From: a virus
Length of the DNA: 10,807 bases
Virus record (IMG/VR): IMGVR_UViG_3300045988_043823
Strand: one strand, 5' to 3'
Within the stretch, counting starts at the first letter, position 1. Every line of letters starts with the position of its first letter. The notes below the pieces were generated by a model. The model was not told where the DNA came from. It was given only the letters and a program-made list of their open reading frames with translations, and did no database searches. The position numbers and the translations under genes are program-made. Below, one piece after another: positions 5,713-10,807 of this stretch.

Positions 5713-6592
5713 TTTTTACTTGAAATATCAAGAGCAAATTAAAAGCAAGGACAAAAGCGTAAACAGCTATATTCAAAAAATGTTGGCTGTTTCTCAAGCA
5801 ATGTTTGTTTATACGGGGCTGCCCGAAACACTCCCACAAGTAGAACTTGAAACGCTTTTACAGACTAACGGCAATGTGTTCGTAACAAAGGTAAACGGGG
5901 ATTTATATGCGTTTACCGGTGGTTGGGGCGGTGTACCGGACGCGTACAACAGACCAACCGAATACATAGTTTCAAACACGTACTTACAACTGAATAAAAC
6001 GTATAAAATAGGTGTTGACGGGGTTCTGGTCAAAAATGATAGCGGAGCGAATAGTCTATTACCCATTTTTGGCAAGTATGGCGTTTTATGTGCTGATACT
6101 CTTTTGTCATTAAATACGTGTTCGGTATTGTCGCGTATTACAATGCTAATCAGTGCGAGCGATGACAAGACAAAGCAAAGTGCCGATGATTTTGTAAGTA
6201 AAATAATAAATGGAGATTTCTCGGTGATTGGCGAAAACGCATTTTTCAAGGGCGTTAACCTACAAAGCATTAACTCCCAAAGCGCGAACCAAATCGGCCA
6301 ACTAATAGAACTTTTGCAGTACTTCAAGGCCAGTGCATTTAACGAAATAGGGCTGAACGCTAACTACAATCTAAAGCGCGAGCGACTGAACACAAGCGAA
6401 GTGCAAATGAATGTGGACGCGTTAAACCCATACGTTGATAATATGCTACAAGAGCGCAAAAAAGCAGTAGACAAAATAAACGAAATGTTTGGTACTGAAA
6501 TAAACGTGGAACTTGGAAGTAGCTGGGCAATACGAAAAGAGGAAACAGAAAACGACAATGCGAAAATTCTACTGAATAAGAAACGGAAGTAA
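5696..6592 (+). CDS. Portal / upper collar connector, phi29 gp10-like (298 aa)
   Basis: The size matches gp10 (about 309 aa). Recalled gp10 blocks align: MFVYTGLPETLP..LETLL..NGNVFV with LFEWENLPPTIN..LEKSI..FGYVGF; AFNEIGLNANYNLKRERLNTSEV with [22 protein letters not shown]; and RKKAVDKINEMFGTEINVEL with REEACEKINELYGLNVKVKF. Confidence 0.85.
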   Translation: MSKKDNFYLKYQEQIKSKDKSVNSYIQKMLAVSQAMFVYTGLPETLPQVELETLLQTNGNVFVTKVNGDLYAFTGGWGGVPDAYNRPTEYIVSNTYLQLNKTYKIGVDGVLVKNDSGANSLLPIFGKYGVLCADTLLSLNTCSVLSRITMLISASDDKTKQSADDFVSKIINGDFSVIGENAFFKGVNLQSINSQSANQIGQLIELLQYFKASAFNEIGLNANYNLKRERLNTSEVQMNVDALNPYVDNMLQERKKAVDKINEMFGTEINVELGSSWAIRKEETENDNAKILLNKKRK

Positions 6593-6712
6593 CAGAAACA
6601 GACACCGAAACGGAAAAAGAAACGGATACAGAAACAGACACCGAAACGGAAAAAGAAACGGATACAGAAACAGACACCGAAACGGAAAAAGAAACAGAAA
6701 AAGAAAAGAAAC
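6592..6712 (+). repeat. Tandem direct repeat array: 36-bp unit x ~3 (two perfect copies plus 32 nt), built from 12-bp sub-repeats GAAACRGA-N4
   Basis: ACAGAAACAGACACCGAAACGGAAAAAGAAACGGAT occurs at 6592-6627 and 6628-6663, with a partial copy at 6664-6695. GAAAC(A/G)GA recurs every 12 nt from 6595 to 6691, with an extra copy at 6580-6587 inside the portal 3' end. The + strand carries a single T per 36-bp unit. Confidence 0.95.
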
Positions 6713-7282
6713 ATGAAAATAATTGACATCTACCCCGACCCACAAAACGGGCTATTCACAAAGGTTTTCAAGGATAATTTTGCGGAACAATACACGGCAA
6801 TTTTTGGAGACCTTGATAGTGTGGGGCTTGATACACTTGTGATTTTGGAGTATGGCGAAAGAGAAATGCTAAACACCATAACACAGGACAACGCCAACAC
6901 ATATGTTAAAAACGTCATCGCATTAAGTTTGCCAAATTGGGTAAAGGTGGCGAACGCGTACAACACAAAATACAACGTGTTAGAACCAACGCAAAAGACA
7001 ACCACAAAAACCAATAACGCCACAGAAAGCGAAAACAACACTAACACAAACGTATCATCAAACAAGCCATATAATGAAACGACTTTTGAGGAATACGACA
7101 AAGACAACAACACAAGCGACAAAACCCGTACAAATAAAACAGAAGTAACCGAAAGTGTAACGGGGCTAAATGGCAAGTCGGCCGTAGATGAGTTGCAAAA
7201 AGATATAGACTTTTCATTGAGAAATTGGAGAAAAAGCATTATCTTTGCCGTAATAAATGAAATAACAAAATCAATTTACTAA
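6713..7282 (+). CDS. Structural protein (189 aa); candidate lower collar (gp11-like head-tail adaptor/tube) or scaffold
   Basis: It lies between the portal gene and the capsid gene. In phi29 gene 11 follows gene 10, and the gene 7 scaffold precedes gene 8. Globular ends flank a T/N/K/E-rich central segment of about 60 aa that could form the extended beta-hairpin of a collar tube. The assignment is positional and compositional only. Confidence 0.4.
   Translation: MKIIDIYPDPQNGLFTKVFKDNFAEQYTAIFGDLDSVGLDTLVILEYGEREMLNTITQDNANTYVKNVIALSLPNWVKVANAYNTKYNVLEPTQKTTTKTNNATESENNTNTNVSSNKPYNETTFEEYDKDNNTSDKTRTNKTEVTESVTGLNGKSAVDELQKDIDFSLRNWRKSIIFAVINEITKSIY
7215..7247 (+). promoter_or_regulatory. Candidate promoter for the major capsid gene (ATTG-N21-TAtcTTTG)
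   Basis: TAtcTTTGcc at 7240-7247 lies 48 nt upstream of the ATG at 7295, inside the 3' end of the preceding ORF. A -33-like ATTG sits at 7215-7218. The TAyCTTTGC core is shared with the two other intergenic candidates. Confidence 0.4.
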
Positions 7283-7294
7283 AATACACGTAAT

Positions 7295-8467
7295 ATGAAA
7301 GTAAACCAGATTTACAAGCTACTTAACGACGTAACACAAGAGGTTTTAGGTAGCACCGAACTAGTGAATGAAGATTTGACGGGCCTGGTTGATTTGGGTG
7401 CAGAAGTATTCAACCAAAATGCCGTAGACAATTACGTTAAATCTTTGGTTAACCATATCGGTAAGGTAATCTTTGTAAACCGCCCGTATAGCGGCAAAAT
7501 TCCATCTGTGTTAATGGATAGTTGGGAGTTCGGAAGCGTACTCGAAAAGATAAATGCCGACATTCCCGAAGCAGAGGAAAACAAAACTTGGGATTTGGTA
7601 GATGGTCAATCGTACTCACAGGACGTTTTCCACAAGCCCGTAGTTACTGCAAAATTCTTTAATTCAAAGGTGACTTTTGAGGTGCCCGTATCTATCACAG
7701 AGCGACAAGTAAAGGAAAGTTTCAGCAACTCGGAACAACTCAACGCTTTTTTATCAATGATATATAGTGCGGTAGAAAAAGCAATCACCATCAAGACGGA
7801 TGCGCTAATCATGCGAACAATAAACAACATGATTGGTGAAACACTCATAGCAGACGCTACTGCATTCGGTAAGGATGGCTCAGAAGATTACACAAGCGCA
7901 TCTACTGCACGATGTGTGAACCTCCTTAAGTTGTACAACACACAGAAAGGCGCAACTTTGGCCGCTGATAAAGCAATTACCGACCCCGATTTCATTAAAT
8001 TCGCATCTTACAACATCGGTTTGTATAGTGACCGACTTGCAAGCATCTCGAGCGTGTTTAACATTGGCGGTAAGGCCCGTTTCACACCTAAAGAGAATTT
8101 GCATATTGTTTTGCTCTCGGAATTTGAAAAAGCCGCAAAGACGTACCTCTATGCAGATAGCTACAACAAAGACCAAGTGCTTTTGCCGAACGCTGAAACT
8201 ATCCCATTTTGGCAGGCGAGCGGCACAAAGTACGATTTTGCAAGTACATCACACATCAAAATCAAGGAGACAAACGGCAAATCTGTTGAGATTAGTGGGG
8301 TGCTTGGTGTTATGTTTGACAGAGATGCGTTGGGCGTTTGCAACCTCGACCGTCGCGTTACTACTAACTACAACGCAAAGGCGGAGTTCTTCAACAACTA
8401 CTACAAGTTTGATGCCGGCTATTTCAATGACACTAACGAAAATTTCGTAGTTTTCTTTGTTGCTTAA
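7295..8467 (+). CDS. Major capsid protein, phi29 gp8-like HK97-fold core (390 aa), without a C-terminal Ig-like domain
   Basis: The N-terminal block LGAEVFNQNAVDNYVKSLVNHIGKVIFVNR compares with recalled phi29 [30 protein letters not shown]. The C-terminal ...FFNNYYKF...NFVVFFVA compares with ...LYTNYYLHV...NAVAFV. The gene is followed by the strongest terminator in the genome, consistent with the most abundant transcript. Confidence 0.8.
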   Translation: MKVNQIYKLLNDVTQEVLGSTELVNEDLTGLVDLGAEVFNQNAVDNYVKSLVNHIGKVIFVNRPYSGKIPSVLMDSWEFGSVLEKINADIPEAEENKTWDLVDGQSYSQDVFHKPVVTAKFFNSKVTFEVPVSITERQVKESFSNSEQLNAFLSMIYSAVEKAITIKTDALIMRTINNMIGETLIADATAFGKDGSEDYTSASTARCVNLLKLYNTQKGATLAADKAITDPDFIKFASYNIGLYSDRLASISSVFNIGGKARFTPKENLHIVLLSEFEKAAKTYLYADSYNKDQVLLPNAETIPFWQASGTKYDFASTSHIKIKETNGKSVEISGVLGVMFDRDALGVCNLDRRVTTNYNAKAEFFNNYYKFDAGYFNDTNENFVVFFVA

Positions 8468-8501
8468 AGTTTTTGGTTATTAAATTGTTGTTTTGTTTAT
8501 T

Positions 8502-8539
8502 GGGGTGTAAGTTAAACAACTTGCACCCCTTTAATTTTT
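8502..8539 (+). terminator. Rho-independent terminator after the capsid gene
   Basis: A 12-bp stem GGGGTGTAAGTT (8502-8513) pairs with AACTTGCACCCC (8518-8529), including one G-U pair. The loop is AAAC and the tail is TTTAATTTTT (8530-8539). Confidence 0.85.
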
Positions 8540-8545
8540 CAAACT

Positions 8546-8992
8546 ATGGAAACAATTCATTTCTATAATTACAACGGGGATATGAAAGTAATAAATAAAA
8601 CGCTTTCCCCTCCTACTGATATGGATTGTACGTTATGGAAAACCTTTGACGTGCTACACCCTTCTTTGCTTGTAAGACTGCAAGAAAGACCAACTTTCAA
8701 CTACTGCAAAATAGATAGTTTGAACCGCTTTTATTTCGTTGATAGTATTAAATTCATTGGAAATTTCACGTATGAAATTCTTCTATCGGTGGACGTGCTC
8801 AAAACGTACGAAAATGATATATTGAGGGTAAAAGGACATGTTGCGGTATCTGATGACCCAGATAAATACATATCCACAAGGCAAAGCATATATTCAAGAA
8901 CGCCGAACTTTGAAAAAATACCGTTTCCGAATACGGGGTTATTGAATGATACAGGCACAATGATAATGATAACTATTAAAGGTAATAAGTAA
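8546..8992 (+). CDS. Tail knob (phi29 gp9-like) N-terminal-domain protein (148 aa)
   Basis: NRFYFVDSIKFIGNFTYEILLSVDVLKTYENDILRVKGHV parallels recalled gp9 [47 protein letters not shown]. The ORF ends in TAATG, sharing one base with the next start. Confidence 0.55.
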   Translation: METIHFYNYNGDMKVINKTLSPPTDMDCTLWKTFDVLHPSLLVRLQERPTFNYCKIDSLNRFYFVDSIKFIGNFTYEILLSVDVLKTYENDILRVKGHVAVSDDPDKYISTRQSIYSRTPNFEKIPFPNTGLLNDTGTMIMITIKGNK

Positions 8993-10395
8993 TGACAGAC
9001 TTCAAATTTACAAATAACATTCCTAACACAACCGAAGATTATCCCGATATGATTATAAACGGAGAAAGCGAGGTGGGAACGCAAGTACCGCAAGTTACGG
9101 TAAACAATGAAATTGCAGATACGACAGAATCACACATTATAAATGATAGCCAAGTAGAAATTACCGTAAAGGGAGATAAAGCGGGCTGTTGGTTTTTTGA
9201 CGCTAAAGCGAATTATAAAGATAAAGGCAATTTAGACAAATCTGTAAATATGGTTGTAAGCGGAACACGACCGCACTACGCTAAAATAACAATAAATGAC
9301 GCCGATTTTAATTACCCTATCACGTTAACGGGAACTTATGAACGTTCGTATGAAATAAACAATAGAACGGAAAATTGTACCGTTGAAAACTTGAAAGAGC
9401 ATTACAAGGATAAAGAACCCGTAACAATAGCATTAACGGCTAATAAGGGATATATATTCGACAATGAAAACAAGCCTATAATTAATTTCCAATCTTCATT
9501 CAGCTCTTACAAAGTTGAAAGTACATTACAGGACGGAAATAAAAAGGCTGTATTTTCGTGGTTAATGAATGAGGGTGTAAGAAACCCTAATACAGGAACT
9601 TATTACCTTAAAGGAAGCGCAAAGCCAGACACAACACCGCCCGTTGGTGGTAAATACGGGGCTATCAATGTCTATATAGTAAATGATGACGTGTTAGACC
9701 AATTAGCGAAACAAAGATTTATACAAAGCACGGGAACGAACGAAAACGCTACGGCAATCGATATAGGCGACTATGTAAACCGTATTAAAAGGATATACAC
9801 GGATATAACCGAAAGAGGCGAAAGTACACTATCATTAGGGAACTATAATACGGGTATAACGGTAAAAACTCCAGCGCTTGAAAATATAACGCTTGACTAT
9901 GGTAGTATTACCGTACCGGCACCAAACAAGGATATTACAGACTATGACAGTAACTTTAAGCTGTTCCTACCGTTCAAAGGTTTTGTTTCTTTAAGTGAGG
10001 AATATGCCGGCAAGGAAATAAACCTACAATACGTTGTGAATATAATAACAGGTAACGGCGTTGCAAAATTATCGTGTGATGGGAGTGTATTCCAAGTAGA
10101 GACCGTAACACCGTCTTTAGACGTTATATATAGGACACTCGCACAAGATATTAGACAGGTAGGAGGCGATAGTTGGAACGATTTCGCATTATATGGAATA
10201 GAGCCGTATTTATACGCTACTTATTATGTGAGCAAAACTGATATTAGAAATAATGACAGTAAACGAAGCGTATTAGGCCATTTGAAGGGGTTTGTTTCGG
10301 TTGATGATGTGGATATTATTAGCACCACTAATATGCTTGCTGACGAACAGGAAATGATATATAATAAACTTTCTGACGGGGTTTATATAGAGTAA
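8992..10395 (+). CDS. Tail knob (gp9-like) C-terminal portion with an inserted beta-rich region; probable distal tail and receptor-binding protein (467 aa)
   Basis: KLFLPFKGFVSLSEEYAGKEINLQYVVNIITGNGVAKL and the C-terminal ADEQEMIYNKLSDGVYIE parallel recalled gp9 segments [26 protein letters not shown]... and NDLQEIRTIFDNGITLW. The combined length 148+467=615 aa compares with about 599 aa for gp9. Residues ~55-210 look like two tandem beta-sandwich-like modules, each ending in TGTY. Confidence 0.55.
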   Translation: MTDFKFTNNIPNTTEDYPDMIINGESEVGTQVPQVTVNNEIADTTESHIINDSQVEITVKGDKAGCWFFDAKANYKDKGNLDKSVNMVVSGTRPHYAKITINDADFNYPITLTGTYERSYEINNRTENCTVENLKEHYKDKEPVTIALTANKGYIFDNENKPIINFQSSFSSYKVESTLQDGNKKAVFSWLMNEGVRNPNTGTYYLKGSAKPDTTPPVGGKYGAINVYIVNDDVLDQLAKQRFIQSTGTNENATAIDIGDYVNRIKRIYTDITERGESTLSLGNYNTGITVKTPALENITLDYGSITVPAPNKDITDYDSNFKLFLPFKGFVSLSEEYAGKEINLQYVVNIITGNGVAKLSCDGSVFQVETVTPSLDVIYRTLAQDIRQVGGDSWNDFALYGIEPYLYATYYVSKTDIRNNDSKRSVLGHLKGFVSVDDVDIISTTNMLADEQEMIYNKLSDGVYIE

Positions 10396-10410
10396 CCTAA
10401 TTAGACAATA

Positions 10411-10443
10411 AGAAAGGCGGCAACTAATTGTTACCGTCTTTCT
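10411..10443. terminator. Bidirectional hairpin terminator straddling the ITR-R boundary
   Basis: AGAAAGGCGG (10411-10420) pairs with CCGTCTTTCT (10434-10443) as 10 bp with one G-U pair and a 13-nt loop. Moderately U-rich sequence follows on both strands. It lies 16 nt after the last + strand stop, and the stop codon of the minus-strand mini-ORF falls in its loop. Confidence 0.6.
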
Positions 10444-10490
10444 CTGTTTATTATCTCGCTTAACTCTCGTAAAATGTTTTTTGTTTCCAT
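10431..10490 (-). CDS. 19-codon mini-ORF (METKNILRELSEIINRERR*), created by the ITR copy of the ORF1 start
   Basis: The mirror of the ATG at 318 is at 10490-10488. The first 16 codons are ITR-encoded, followed by GAA AGA CGG TAA. It may be a by-product of ITR structure rather than a functional gene. Confidence 0.25.
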   Translation of the reverse strand: METKNILRELSEIINRERR

Positions 10491-10538
10491 CTTGTTTGTA
10501 GTTTTAAGTTGTTGCTTGTTGTTTTATTTTTGATATTG

Positions 10539-10570
10539 CAAAGGTACACACTTTTGTATATGATAGCAAA
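10539..10570 (-). promoter_or_regulatory. ITR-R copy of the TTTG-N20-TAccTTTG promoter, firing inward
   Basis: Exact mirror of 238-269; CAAAGGTA at 10539-10546 on the + strand is the -7 element. Confidence 0.5.
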
Positions 10571-10616
10571 TTTTCTGTACTAATAAATCTTAAAAGACAA
10601 AAGTTTTCTTCGTTTA

Positions 10617-10737
10617 TGCAAAAACTATGCCAAAAGTGAAACATTTCAAAATAAATTTAGGCTATGCAAATAGCGTGCCAAACTTATTTTGGAGCATTGT
10701 TTTTATGGTGGCATTGGCCCAGGCAAAAAGCGTGCCA
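10617..10737 (-). promoter_or_regulatory. Mirror copies of the three sigma-54-type boxes in ITR-R, facing inward
   Basis: These are the ITR images of 71-86, 128-143 and 176-191, at 10722-10737, 10665-10680 and 10617-10632 on the minus strand. Confidence 0.3.
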
Positions 10738-10807
10738 AAGTGTGTTGGCCGGTGTTAAAAGTGCGTTGGGAAACGTTAAAAAGGGGGCGATAGTGCATAT
10801 TTAGATC

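Larger units (their letters stand above)
1..10807 (+). mobile_element. Complete or near-complete linear dsDNA genome of a small phi29-like (protein-primed, Picovirinae-type) podovirus
   Basis: Perfect 366-bp ITRs sit flush with both window ends. The window has a terminal-protein candidate plus a protein-primed PolB, and gp16-like ATPase, gp10-like portal, gp8-like capsid and gp9-like tail knob homologues. All 13 ORFs are co-directional, with overlaps or very short gaps. There is no integrase or other lysogeny gene. Confidence 0.8.
10442..10807. repeat. Right inverted terminal repeat (ITR-R), 366 bp
   Basis: Exact reverse complement of 1-366, ending at the last base of the window. Confidence 0.97.

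Noticed and set aside
6592-6712. The 36-bp repeats might be a CRISPR array.
   Set aside because: The copies are directly adjacent with no spacers. The unit is itself a 12-bp periodic repeat, and no cas genes or leader are present.
6360-6743. Two minus-strand ORFs (127 aa and 121 aa) with SVSVSVSV / FRFGVCFC repeat proteins.
   Set aside because: They are reading-frame artefacts of the T-depleted tandem array. The complementary strand is A-poor, so it is stop-free by composition. They also run antisense into the portal 3' end.
8028-8450. A 140-aa + strand ORF in an alternative frame inside the capsid gene, and a 61-aa ORF at 4602-4787 inside the ATPase gene.
   Set aside because: Both are fully embedded in genes whose primary frame has clear homology blocks. 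The products are R/S/T/C-rich with no recognisable features, so overprinting cannot be supported from sequence alone.
8983-8994. A programmed -1 frameshift fusing the 148-aa and 467-aa tail-knob ORFs.
   Set aside because: The acceptor frame carries TAA TAA at 8983-8988 immediately upstream of its ATG. No slippery heptamer precedes the TAA at 8990. The TAATG overlap is better explained by termination-reinitiation coupling of two separate polypeptides.
275-9093. Twelve minus-strand ORFs in the track: 275-523, 420-656, 1618-1917, 1942-2169, 2965-3495, 4928-5236, 4959-5141, 5809-6327, 6730-7239, 7606-7848, 7880-8176, 8161-8343 and 8731-9093.
   Set aside because: Each lies antisense to a + strand gene that has strong motif support or a tight operon context. 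Their translations are low-complexity and rich in F, L, S, C and V, as expected for antisense reading of A-rich coding sequence. None has a promoter-like element, and none fits the otherwise gap-free gene string.
10396-10441. A possible small structured RNA or tRNA in the unique spacer after the last gene.
   Set aside because: Only a single hairpin with the properties of a terminator is present. There is no cloverleaf-compatible complementarity or conserved tRNA boxes here or anywhere else in the window.
1-10807. Alternative genetic code: TAG or TGA reassignment as in some gut phages, or TGA=Trp as in Mycoplasma phage P1.
   Set aside because: All 13 ORFs end at TAA or TGA exactly at sensible gene boundaries (ATGA and TAATG overlaps, 4-12 nt gaps). 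No homology block is interrupted by an in-frame stop. The standard code explains the gene map; the only open question is the single TAA at 6590, reported separately.

Overview
This window is a self-contained linear replicon, not a chromosomal fragment. Bases 1-366 are the exact reverse complement of bases 10442-10807 (366/366, checked by hand along the full length). The repeat is flush with both window edges, so these are inverted terminal repeats (ITRs).

Between the ITRs lie 13 tightly packed ORFs, all on the + strand:
- four small early ORFs of unknown function, one of them a 57-aa ORF missing from the supplied track;
- a putative terminal protein, coupled by an ATGA overlap to a 728-aa protein-primed family-B DNA polymerase with all Exo and Pol motifs;
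- a phi29 gp16-like encapsidation ATPase;
- a small YvrJ-like membrane protein;
- a phi29 gp10-like portal (upper collar);
- a 189-aa candidate lower-collar or scaffold protein;
- a phi29 gp8-like major capsid protein;
- a gp9-like tail knob split into 148-aa and 467-aa ORFs.

I read this as the complete or near-complete genome of a miniature phi29-like podovirus of about 10.8 kb. That is at or below the smallest tailed-phage genomes I know of. The expression signals look Bacteroidota-like: TTTG-N20-TAccTTTG promoters, A-rich leaders and no Shine-Dalgarno sequences.

Items worth a second look:
- three exactly spaced sigma-54-type -24/-12 boxes in each ITR;
- an ITR that carries a promoter plus the first 16 codons of ORF1, so the right copy drives only a 19-codon ORF into a bidirectional terminator;
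- two tandem 23-bp repeats containing CACGTG-centred palindromes;
- a T-depleted 36-bp x ~3 tandem array (12-bp sub-period GAAACRGA) that keeps the portal gene and the next gene in one frame, separated by a single TAA;
- the split tail knob;
- the absence of any recognisable lysin, fibre or pRNA.

All homology statements rest on motif recognition by eye and on phi29 protein sequences recalled from memory. No searches were run.
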